DNA from: Antedon mediterranea
Taxonomy: Eukaryota; Animalia; Echinodermata
DNA: 64,000 nucleotides
NCBI RefSeq assembly: GCF_964355755.1
Contig: NC_092672.1
Coordinates: 23,635,237 to 23,699,236 of the forward strand
Direction: 5' to 3'
The position numbers and the translations under genes are program-made. Each line of letters begins with the position of its first letter. Position 1 is the stretch's first letter. Below, in pieces: positions 59,201-64,000 of this stretch. The notes under the pieces are model-generated. The model saw only the letters and a program-made list of their open reading frames with translations. It was not told the DNA's origin and made no database searches.

Positions 59201-61929
59201 GGACATAATTGGCATATATTTCGCATCTTACAAGACTTATTTTCAGTACAGGTTAAAATCTCACACACATAGTTTCCAGAGGGGTTGGCCATGTTTCAGA
59301 AATTCCCACTAGAGGGTGCGAGCAAACAAACTCTCTAGTTAAAAGTAATTATCAACTTTTTTTTCTTACAGGTTATGTCAACGCTTGAGATGTCTTTCAA
59401 ACATTCTAAAGATGGTGGTAGAAGGGGCATTAAATTCCATCGATGCATTCCCTGTGATTGTAGTAAGACATCTGAGAAGAAACACATGCAAGTTCTTGGA
59501 GATTTCCAGGAAGAGATGTTGCCATGCAAAGGAGATCGGATGAATGTTAAACGCTACAAGAGGCTATTTGGCAGTAAGTTCAGCAATACTAGAGTACAAA
59601 TTATACAAATCACTGGTGCATTGTATTTCAGATTAAATTTCATGGGAAGGGGCTTTATTTTAGATTTTGGATCATTTGCCATAAGTAGCATTTAGTGTAT
59701 ACTTTTACTGCTTCCTTATCTATTATTGTAATAGAAGTGTAGATACATACAGGTAATGATTCAACAAATTACATGTAATAGAATTTAAACAATAACCATG
59801 AAGTGGTTAAAATATGTGCAACAAGATCATCATCATTATCACCCTTCATAAATGAATAGAATAAACTTTAAAACGTCATTAAAGACAAGCAAGTACCCAT
59901 AATGTTTAATGTCTGGTAAACACGCATCGTGACACTAGCAGTGGTACTGTGGCTTGGTGTATTAGTTACTGTACACAAGTCCTTGGTTCAAATCATAATA
60001 CTAAGATGTTTCTCATGACCCAACAACAACACCGCAATTTACATAAATGAGTGATAATGGTAAGCGGTAAACTGCATGCTTGTCCCACGTAAGATCTATA
60101 TCTTCCTGAGTGGGTTTCCACTAAACCGCCATCCACGTTTAAAAAACATAGATTCTGTATTTTTGTTTTTCATTACCCCTTACAGTTCACGCTCATCTGT
60201 GTAAATTGGCCTTAAGCCTAATATTAATCCCGATTTATAAAATATGGATTTGCATTTCATCTGTAATTGGTGAGTTATGTTCTTGCTTTTGGATCTGCTG
60301 CGTTAAAATTATATATACATACCATAATGGTATGTTACTAAACTTTACAGGTTTAAACTACTGTAGTATTGTATGACAAGCAATTGGTCATATGATGTAA
60401 ACACAAATACCCTTTTTAATTCAACAGTGAGTTCAAACTGCCTAGTTAAATACATGCATTCTTTTTTATTTGTATCAGTATTGTTATCATCATTATAAAT
60501 GCACTTTTCATATTAGTGTATCAATAAATAGGCCAGAAAATATAGTGTTCATTCAAGTAAGCATTCGTAGCTGATGGGGCCATTTATTCAAAAGCCACTG
60601 CTGTCATCACACATAATGTTTACACAGAATACCACAATGATCACCTTTTCAAAGCAACATCATGATCTTTTATTTCGTCATTAGTAGTCGCATTACATGT
60701 ATGCACAGTATTTGTTGTGGTTTGTTTCTAAATGTTAATAATAATTATAATTCTGAATCAAAGAAAAGTATATTCTTATTTTGTAGATGAAAGAACAAGA
60801 GAATTGATGAAGCTAGCAAAAAAGCTAGGCAATGAATGGGAACAACTGGCTGTGTTTCTTGGGTTCACTAAGGCAGAGCTTGATGGCTTTAAATATGGCA
60901 ATCGTAACATGCTAGGAGCAATATTCAGCATGCTAGACACTTGCTGCAAGAAGGCAGGTACTAGCAAGGAATGGAATATACAACTCACTAAAGCACTCAG
61001 AGAAATTGATAGACACGATTTAGCAGATGAAGTCAAAAGTAAGCTATAAACAGTGTTTTAAAAACTGCTAATAATGTTTGCCCTATCATCAGCATCCTTT
61101 TCAATTTTTTATAAATACATTTTTTTAAATATGTTTTACGTTTCATTATAGAGTTGATGTCTATAACATAGTATATTTTCACAACTTCCCATACAATACA
61201 TTTCTTTTTTTTTTGTAACACCATTGTTGGTATTTTAATATTTTTTACGTTTCATTATAAGTCTATAACTTAGTTTTCTTCCACGCCATTCCATTTTGTA
61301 TTATATTAAAGTTTCTTAGCAGCTTTTGGTCTGATTTTAATAAATAAATAAAACATTGTTCCAACAACAGCAACTAAAACATTGATTGTTTTATACTTTT
61401 ATACTTTTGTACTCATTTTCATGTGCTTACAATTTAGATAAAGAATCTCAATTATTTTCCATGTATTGATAATGAACAACTATTTTGATTTTCAATGAAT
61501 ATATACAATTGCCCAGCAGGTAATTCAGTGATATTTTGTTTAAGTAATACTGTAGTAAGACAATGTATTCTCCACATTCAACTTGTTATGAAAAAATGTT
61601 ATTCCTATTACATTAAATTTAATATCAGTGTGTGAAATCTCAAATGTGAAAGAAATAAGAGAAAAATCTTTTTGTTTTCTTAGATGAAGCATCTAAAGAA
61701 TTAATGGAATTAGCCAAAAAACTTGGCAGTGAGTGGGAACAAGTTGCAATATTCCTAGAGTTTGAAAAGGCTGACCTTGATCGCTTTAAGCAAGACAATC
61801 ATGGTTACTTGCTAGGAGCAATCTTCAGTATGCTGGATGCATGGTACAGGAAGTCGTCAGGTACTATGTCACAACTCATTGAAGCCCTTAAACAAGCTAA
61901 CAGAAATGACTTAGCAGATGAAGTCAAAA
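2147..61929 (+). CDS. Multi-exon Roco-family gene (ANK repeats - Death - Roc - COR - Death - Death), partial at both ends
   Basis: Hand-spliced exons with consistent phases: 2147-2245, 27132-27230, 30085-30204, 30878-30974, 31621-31656, 31958-32209, 32686-32851, 33955-34061, 34710-34822, 41872-41949, 42052-42091, 42197-42231, (42462-42491?), 42628-42652, 43416-43567, 44105-44194, 44688-44867, 45291-45533, 52534-52731, 57572-57766, 58121-58432, 58961-59038, 59372-59573, 60787-61038, 61684-61929. All have AG/GT ends except the first donor (TT). The joined frame has no stop and carries ANK, DD, Roc G1-G5 and COR motifs. Confidence 0.85.
3297..3915 (-). mobile_element. Non-autonomous Helitron
   Basis: Minus strand A|TCTATATT...(GTCT/GTTT)n ... 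hairpin ACCCGCCC-TG-GGGCGGGT ... CTAG|T. Confidence 0.82.
4051..4121 (-). pseudogene. tRNA-derived sequence (SINE-like), non-functional
   Basis: GGCTCTGTGGTCTAGTGGTATGATACTCGC-CCTGTAA-GCGAG...GTTCAAAT; D and anticodon arms recognisable, T-stem unpaired. Confidence 0.7.
4203..4530. mobile_element. TTAA-ended (Kolobok-like) MITE; related pieces at about 17840-17910 and 41290-41423
   Basis: ATGTATTGTCCCC ... GGGGACAATACATCT|TTAA; the same right end and internal motifs recur at 41290-41423. Confidence 0.55.
5405..5534 (+). mobile_element. Helentron-associated (HINE/DINE-1-like) short element
   Basis: TTTTT-AGTCGCGT..ACGCGACT sub-TIR plus IR, (GTCG/GTCT)n microsatellite, 3' ACGCGACT and small hairpin, T-rich ends; related remnant at about 18610-18707. 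Confidence 0.7.
10800..11490 (+). mobile_element. Old 3' fragment of a CR1/L2-group LINE
   Basis: NTRASHALHLP...ASKLLNALPNDI C-terminal remnant and a (TTA)n tail. Confidence 0.55.
14022..14618. mobile_element. Tourist/Harbinger-like MITE ends
   Basis: GGCCCTGTTTCTTCTGCCA near 14023, with complementary TGGCAGCAGAAATGGGTC near 14082 and TAGCAGAAACAGGGCC near 14601. Confidence 0.45.
15354..16818 (+). mobile_element. Non-autonomous Helitron, copy 1
   Basis: A|TCTATATATAAA start; 3' hairpin CTAGATGGTACGC...GCGTACCATCTAG|T; homologous copy at 40033-41078. Confidence 0.82.
18668..19415. repeat. 154-bp direct repeats (18668-18821, 19262-19415) flanking the SINE
   Basis: The copies align end to end with one mismatch seen (AAAGCC vs AAAGTC). 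Confidence 0.93.
18822..19261 (-). mobile_element. SINE with 5S rRNA-derived head, tRNA-like segment and Deu-type central domain
   Basis: Minus strand starts TACGGCCATAC...ACCGGTTCTCGTCAGATCACCGAAGTTAAGCAACGTTGGGCCCGGTT...GGATGGGAGACCG (5S-like), then an A/B-box remnant (GGGTTCGAG), then CCTTCGGATGGGACGTAAAGCCGTTGGTCCC...GAAAAGAGTAGGGG. Confidence 0.85.
22569..22713 (-). repeat. 3' LTR (145 bp)
   Basis: Identical to 26858-27002; preceded on the minus strand by AAAAGAAGGAAGTAA (PPT). Confidence 0.97.
22890..23798 (-). CDS. pol: Integrase of the gypsy element
   Basis: HHCC remnant (LH-EHPG...CNPC), RIHIDF, IVCDNGPQF, NGATER; same frame as RT beyond the TAA. Confidence 0.92.
   Translation of the reverse strand: MKAIARSYLWWPKLDLDIENLVKSCNPCQSVRSSLPTTPLIPWKWPTRPFQRIHIDFCEKDKDNFLVLIDSHSKWLEVVHMKTTTSTRTIEELKLIFARFGLPEEIVCDNGPQFASTDFKIFCQNNGIALTFSPVYHAPTNGATERSVRVIKEALTKQVIEGKKDNIKVRLANFLFRYRMTPHTTTKCTPSELFLKRNLRTRLSLVNPSLAERIECKQYSQKLHKDPKTQSERIFSVSDKVKVKNTRTQGKGQDKWLNGIVIKVLGPRKYEVKIGRLVKKIHPNHMMLDTTSDVKREKGKRK
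23829..25268 (-). CDS. pol: Reverse transcriptase - RNase H of the gypsy element
   Basis: VRICGDY, KLDLSHAY, LPYGI, NQDDVLI, TDASPYGIG, YAQLEKEAL, NAVADALSR; ends at a premature TAA. Confidence 0.92.
   Translation of the reverse strand: MVPKSDGTVRICGDYSVTINQHVTDEEYSLPSADDLYSKLSGKRVFTKLDLSHAYTQLNIDEESKEFVTINTHKGLYTFNKLPYGIKPASKLFQKQMDKMLTGIECCLCNQDDVLIHTKTKAEDLRVLDTVFKRFKDNNVKLKTSKCKFLESEVVYLGLRVDKHGISPVDSKIKPIKEAPQPQNTKQLRSFLGMVQFYSKFLQNLSTVLKPLNTLLKDDVEWEWTADHQNAFDWCKKQLTSDLCLTHYDVKRPLMLCTDASPYGIGAVISHIMDDNTERPIHYASRTLTKSEQGYAQLEKEALSIIYGIKRFNKYLIGRKFTIRTDHKSLTKILGPSTEVPVVAASRIQRWALLLNEYNYEIEYIRSEDNAVADALSRLPHKEETQQLEHAIYSISIDEDFPIKADEIERKTIKDETLSKVLNYVKQGWPNEAACKLLSENNSLKPFVQRKLELTCVGNFLLWGPRVIIPTELRDKMLT
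25258..26802 (-). CDS. gag: Gag-protease part of the gypsy polyprotein
   Basis: Two zinc knuckles CNKCGSTPGHTASQC and CYRCSRVGHYATQC; protease LIDTQAD and LLGVDWL; frameshift near 25288 before WASPIVVVPK. Confidence 0.9.
   Translation of the reverse strand: MSKFDISVEYFDPTIQEWARWIARFDNYLVAANVTADVRKRALLLHFIGPGNFNTFEMLPNKGTTYVQAKEALKNYFLPSSNSEFERSKFRKLQQNKGESIDVYHIRLREQADKCDFHDISGEIKSHIIQSTTDSKLRKFGLKTGGCTLDELLLHGRTNELTTKQSNEMENGDNTSSSMPSRSGETKADHSVNKITQAKQCNKCGSTPGHTASQCPASNRIICYRCSRVGHYATQCYSKSTHKGNYSCGRNNQRHNDQSSRGGNRRRGNQTGSTRARARRVNQTERGFSDDSDSDHSMFVLSNNKIDRSHFETILNVNDVNLEMLIDTQADDTIMSIDTYNKYFSHIKIDPDVIPLKTYSGEKLKLIGKIKCKVVDKQNVIHYLSANVADYKAKPTLLGVDWLNVVKLDWSKITQNLNSRNVNSLQKDKGVNLRDNSQLQALLKEHAQLFESDKKGITGEKVHINMKQNVQPIYCKARFVPYAMKSKVERELVRLENEHVLTKVEMGITYSSGS
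26858..27002 (-). repeat. 5' LTR (145 bp)
   Basis: Identical to 22569-22713; followed on the minus strand by the PBS. Confidence 0.97.
27132..27230 (+). CDS. Ankyrin-repeat exon (99 nt, phase 0-0)
   Basis: NGNTPLIEAAYKGFHEVCLVLLNKGADVNHQNK; TTTTTAG acceptor, AAG|GTAC donor. Confidence 0.92.
30085..30204 (+). CDS. Ankyrin-repeat exon (120 nt, phase 0-0)
   Basis: DGDTSLHFCAMSDLTYDEHRNTMVCLIKAHGRGIISNKNK; strong polypyrimidine-TAG, AAG|GTAAAT. Confidence 0.88.
30878..30974 (+). CDS. Degenerate/capping ankyrin exon (phase 0-1)
   Basis: NGKSVIDLYITNVCGKYEDVESQKEEVMKLLK; CAG acceptor, AAG|GTTTGA donor; phases fit neighbours. Confidence 0.75.
31621..31656 (+). CDS. 36-nt linker exon (phase 1-1)
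   Basis: TTTCTTTTAG acceptor, CAG|GTATGA donor; encodes GEPLPEIYFTSS. Confidence 0.7.
31958..32209 (+). CDS. Death domain exon DD1 (252 nt, phase 1-1)
   Basis: DILHVATNMSNQFEELAEYLGFKQEDIDSF...MYKMLNTW...LCEAVRKAGRHDLADEV matches the Death-fold pattern; poly-T-GTAG acceptor, A|GTAAGT donor. Confidence 0.92.
32686..32851 (+). CDS. Roc GTPase exon with P-loop (G1)
   Basis: IPYAISARGKEVEKAYIEALKEG...VKVIGQEGVGKTCLINACLG; GxxGxGKT at 32799-32822. Confidence 0.92.
33092..33502. mobile_element. PIF/Harbinger-type MITE
   Basis: TTA|AGGCCCATTTAAACTA ... TAGTATAAATGGGCTT|TTA; extended imperfect TIRs and an internal tandem duplication. Confidence 0.75.
33955..34061 (+). CDS. Roc exon with switch I (G2)
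   Basis: FNKEHLITDGIAV matches the Roc T-x-G-I switch-I motif; phase 2-1 fits neighbours. Confidence 0.88.
34710..34822 (+). CDS. Roc-insert exon whose donor site seeds the 23-bp array
   Basis: TTTTCAG acceptor; GNPIELYRRLAEENISK...HSSTEK; AAG|GTATGT donor; phase 1-0. Confidence 0.8.
34818..39579. repeat. 23-bp minisatellite, about 207 copies, consensus GTATGTACACACTATAACAAAAG
   Basis: Period 23 read directly (GT at 34823, 34846, 34869, 34892...); variants GTGTGT and GTACGT occur in blocks; the array begins at the exon/intron junction. Confidence 0.98.
40033..41078 (-). mobile_element. Non-autonomous Helitron, copy 2 (5'-truncated, inverted relative to copy 1)
   Basis: Reverse complement of about 15736-16818 with scattered substitutions and indels. 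Confidence 0.85.
41872..42652 (+). CDS. Cluster of small exons of the Roc insert (41872-41949, 42052-42091, 42197-42231, possible 42462-42491, 42628-42652)
   Basis: The four firm exons each have a pyrimidine-rich AG acceptor and a GTAAG/GTGAGT donor; phases chain 0-0, 0-1, 1-0, 0-1; peptides are K/T/S-rich low complexity. Confidence 0.7.
43416..43567 (+). CDS. Roc exon with G3 motif
   Basis: TFNIWDHGGQLIYQGIHQ matches Roc WDxxGQxxY...H; CAG|GTAAGT donor. Confidence 0.92.
44105..44194 (+). CDS. Roc exon (beta-4 strand)
   Basis: IFVTSEAVYVAVFDLSKDL matches the Roc F...A.Y..VFDLS pattern; GGG|GTAAGT donor. Confidence 0.9.
44326..44590 (+). mobile_element. Short element with internal tRNA-like A/B boxes between (TA)n tracts
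   Basis: AGTGGTCTAATGG and GGGTTCGAGTCTC boxes, anticodon arm missing; 3' end shared with about 33680-33765. Confidence 0.6.
44688..44867 (+). CDS. Roc exon with G4 region
   Basis: WTNRQFLLSSILSVYSHS...PAILVVGTHKA; phase 0-0. Confidence 0.9.
45291..45533 (+). CDS. Roc G5 / start of COR exon
   Basis: YYAVENS...LKKVI...IPLKWMRFRCE (COR-entry IP..W motif); phase 0-0. Confidence 0.9.
45570..46195 (+). mobile_element. 5' part of a degraded Rex1/Babar-like LINE (endonuclease remnant)
   Basis: SPDSIILVIGDVN, INEYIKQCINNVIP, NKP; sequence continues after the nested LINE at 50403. Confidence 0.7.
46196..50402 (+). mobile_element. Full-length CR1/L2-group non-LTR retrotransposon (single ORF: leader - 2A-like - PHD - APE - RT)
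   Basis: 10-bp TSD TAAACTTGTA (46186-46195, 50403-50412); about 590-bp 5' UTR; 3' stem-loop CTTTGAGTG...CACTCAAAG; (TAAAA)n tail. Confidence 0.93.
46786..50220 (+). pseudogene. LINE ORF (PHD finger, AP endonuclease, RT) with two in-frame TAA stops
   Basis: ORFs at 46786, 47830 and 48466 share one frame; stops at 47740-47742 (GIY*RPP) and 48355-48357; motifs NARSL, VTESWL, GDFNI, SDH, YRPVALTS, GVPQGSVLGP, YADD. Confidence 0.92.
50403..52230 (+). mobile_element. 3' part of the degraded Rex1/Babar-like LINE (RT remnant and tail)
   Basis: LNEFYCRFD, GPDGIS, LNDYRPIALTS.PMKCLE, QFAY, APQGCILSPILF.LYT.D, LELNITKTKE, LYFLRKL with frameshifts; AATAAAGTT-ATCTTG tail. Confidence 0.8.
51990..52115. 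repeat. 35-bp tandem repeat, about 3.5 copies
   Basis: TTTATATGAATTTGTTTACATTACATACTGTGTAT repeated. Confidence 0.9.
52534..52731 (+). CDS. COR-A exon
   Basis: MLNFLYDLGDIIYLP...VVLDPMSLV matches the COR L.FL.DLG.I.....V.LDP motif. Confidence 0.92.
53252..57402. mobile_element. Non-autonomous DNA transposon with TTAA TSD and GAG termini (Sola3-like)
   Basis: TTAA|GAGCCATTGTCTGTAA ... TTACAGACAATGGCTC|TTAA; imperfect TIR similarity continues inward; no transposase ORF. Confidence 0.75.
57572..57766 (+). CDS. COR exon
   Basis: KGILDEKLLKKLW...FQYLVDLMIRFGFIC matches the COR G.L....L..LW...L..LM..F motif. Confidence 0.9.
58121..58432 (+). CDS. COR-B exon
   Basis: RSFFVPLRL...GHLPDILFPYLV matches the COR FFVP..L and LP..LF..L motifs; 312 nt, phase 0-0. 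Confidence 0.88.
58961..59038 (+). CDS. COR-B exon (78 nt)
   Basis: TCTTTAG acceptor, CAG|GTATGT donor; ATIKGRMAIAETATTECEPSPEACKQ. Confidence 0.8.
59372..59573 (+). CDS. COR C-terminal Cys/His-containing exon (phase 0-1)
   Basis: VMSTLE...RCIPCDC...KKH...LPC...YKRLFG; strong acceptor, A|GTAAGT donor. Confidence 0.82.
60787..61038 (+). CDS. Death domain exon DD2 (252 nt, phase 1-1)
   Basis: LMKLAKKLGNEWEQLAVFLGFTKAELDGF...IFSMLD...LTKALREIDRHDLADEV. Confidence 0.92.
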
Positions 61930-62424
61930 GTAAGCTATAAACAGTGTTCTAGAAACTGCTAATCATTCTTGCCCTATCATCAGCATCCTTTCCAATTTTT
62001 TATAAATACATTTTTTTTTAAATATGTTTTACGTTTCATTATAGAGTTGATGTCTATAACATAGTTTATTTTCACAACTTTCCATACAATACATTTCTTT
62101 TTTTTTTGTAACACCTTTATTGATATTTTAATATTTTTTACGTTTCATTATAAGTCTATAACATAGTTTTCTTCCATTTTGTATTATATTAAAGTTTCTT
62201 AGCAGCTTTTGGTATGATTTTAATAAATAAATAAAACATTGTTCCAACAACAGCAACTAAAACATTGATTGTTTTATACTTTTGTACTCACTTTCATGTG
62301 CCTACAATTTAGATAAAGAATCTCAATTATTTTCCATGTATTTGGTTTGATAATGAACAACTATTTTGATTTTCAATGAATATATACAATTGCCCAGCAG
62401 GTAATTCAGTGATATTTTGTTTAA
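61020..62424. repeat. Near-identical duplication of about 520 bp (61020-61543 / 61911-62424) starting in the last codons of DD2 and DD3
   Basis: Direct alignment from TTAGCAGATGAAGTCAAAAGTAAGC to GATATTTTGTTTAA with few substitutions and indels. Confidence 0.95.
61684..61929 (+). CDS. Death domain exon DD3 (246 nt, phase 1-1)
   Basis: LMELAKKLGSEWEQVAIFLEFEKADLDRF...IFSMLDAWYR...LIEALKQANRNDLADEV. Confidence 0.92.
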
Positions 62425-63370
62425 ATTCCAGTTCAAAAAGGATGATTCTATTAAATAAATGTAACAGAGATTTTCCCATAATATGACCACCATTTTTTTA
62501 AAGTTCATTAGTAATGTTATCTTTCCCTGGAGATTTAAAATTTTTTTGCAAATACTTAATACATATTTTATACTTTCAATATCAATATAAATATCACATA
62601 GAGGATCTGTAGCCTCATCCTCATCTCTGAACAAGACTTGTTTCTAATGTTTTGTATACAGTTCTCAGTCATGTATACATTATTATTGAATGTATTATTT
62701 TTAGAATTACTTAGTGATTCCCAATAGTTTCTTAATGTTTCGGCTTTTTCTTCAACGCTAGTAACAACTTGTTCCGACCCTGGAACCTTAAAACAATCAG
62801 TATTTTGTTGGTTAAACTTTGACCCTCTAATTGTTTGCCAGAATTCCTTACAATTTTTACCTTCTTTGTTTGCAATTAACAATTGATTTATCTACCCTCA
62901 TTTCTAATATCTTTTGTTTTATCAAATTCTTAGCAAACAACCGCTTTTGTTGGTAATTCTGCCAAAGAAAGTCACATGTTGCAGCATCTTTGTCTTTTCT
63001 TGTAACATAATTTCTTTGAATTTGCATCCCATTCTTTAAAATCCCTTTCTAAATAGGTAGTATATTCACTAAAATCTTCACCAAACTTAATGTTCCATAT
63101 ATATTTCTTACTACACCTATTATCTTTGTTTTTCGAGTTACTTATATTTAATTTAAGTAGTAACATATAATATTTTGTTGTTTTGTTATACAATACATTT
63201 TCATTGTAGATTCTGTCAGATTTACAATTGTTTTTTGTATTAATATAAGGATGAGATATAACACAGGATGACAGTTTTAACACTTACCCCAAATTAAACG
63301 AGCATTATAAATAATGTATTTCTAAAAATCATCATGTCTCAAGTTCAGCAAATTCTAAATGGAATTTAAA
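62425..63370 (-). mobile_element. Degraded LINE fragment (linker and RT domain 0, RTE/RTEX-like)
   Basis: KEFWQTI...LRNYWESL and KSPGKDNITNEL*KNGG...LLHLFNRI on the minus strand. Confidence 0.65.
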
Positions 63371-63473
63371 CAAAAATCATGAAAGATGTGTTGGCTAGGT
63401 GTGGTAGTTCGAGATCAGTCGGACACAATCATATGAAGGCAGCATTGATTTCCATCAGTATTTCATTTATTCA

Positions 63474-63568
63474 TATTCACATTCATATTCACTGGCATTT
63501 ATCACATATAAACTACAATCGGATTCACATTCATATTTACTGGCATTTATCACATAAACTACAATCAG
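63474..63568. repeat. Tandem duplication of about 48 bp
   Basis: TTCACATTCATATT(C/T)ACTGGCATTTATCACAT..AAACTACAATC occurs twice. Confidence 0.8.
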
Positions 63569-63613
63569 CCATCTCTTGGAAAAAACCCCTATAAATACAA
63601 CAGACAAACATAC

Positions 63614-64000
63614 TTTTTTTTTTTTTTTTTTTTTTTATTTCATCATCACCCTACAGTGACCAAACGTCACCATTAACAGGGCTGAAAGTCGTAAAATATA
63701 ACATATAATATACAAGCAAAAATCAACAGATAACAAGACAACATTTAAATATTACTGACATTAGACAAAACCTTGTGACGGAAACAAGCAAGGGAATCAA
63801 AAAAAATATCAACAGATCCATCAATTTTACATAGTGAATGGTATAACTTAGGCAAACGATTAACAAAACCATTTTTAGTAATATTTACCCTCCCTCTTGA
63901 TATAGAAAATAAAGCAGGATAACGCAATTGATATTGTGGAACAGAAATAGGAAAGTACACTTCAAAATTACCATGAAAAATTGAGTTCACAGCCTTAAAA
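63614..64000 (-). mobile_element. 3' end of a CR1/L2-group LINE with poly(A) tail (runs off the window)
   Basis: Poly-T at 63614-63635, 3' UTR stem-loop, C-terminal ORF ...NGFVNRLPKLYHSL...DIF. Confidence 0.7.

Noticed and set aside
58935-59312. 125-aa ORF as listed in the ORF track
   Set aside because: Wrong frame: the real exon 58961-59038 is read in another frame and the remainder is intron.
61438-61525. Possible small exon or 3-nt micro-exon (TTTAG|ATAAAG... and CAG|CAG|GTAATT) in the duplicated DD flank
   Set aside because: The longer version has stops or the wrong phase; the 3-nt version lacks a polypyrimidine tract and cannot be supported without RNA data.
1-64000. Hammerhead ribozyme cores near the tRNA-containing repeats
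   Set aside because: The CTGANGA matches I noticed lack the required flanking stems and GAAA spacing; a covariance-model search would be needed to exclude them fully.

Overview
AT-rich animal genomic DNA, probably from a marine invertebrate (an invertebrate deuterostome is plausible but cannot be proven from this window). One large + strand multi-exon gene spans almost the whole window. I assembled it by hand from at least 24 phase-consistent exons (2147-61929, about 1,140 aa, open at both ends). It is a Roco-family protein: ankyrin repeats - Death domain - Roc GTPase (split by a micro-exon-encoded insert) - COR - Death - Death. The introns are packed with mobile DNA: a full-length Mag-type Ty3/gypsy element with identical LTRs; a full-length CR1/L2-group LINE with a 2A-like motif nested in an old Rex1/Babar-like LINE; non-autonomous Helitrons; a Sola3-like element; MITEs; and a 5S/tRNA/Deu-domain SINE flanked by a 154-bp duplication. 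The most unusual signals are (i) a 4.76-kb array of about 207 copies of a 23-bp unit that is an amplified copy of the gene's own 5' splice site, and (ii) tandem phase 1-1 Death-domain exons that are strongly diverged while their downstream non-coding flanks are nearly identical.
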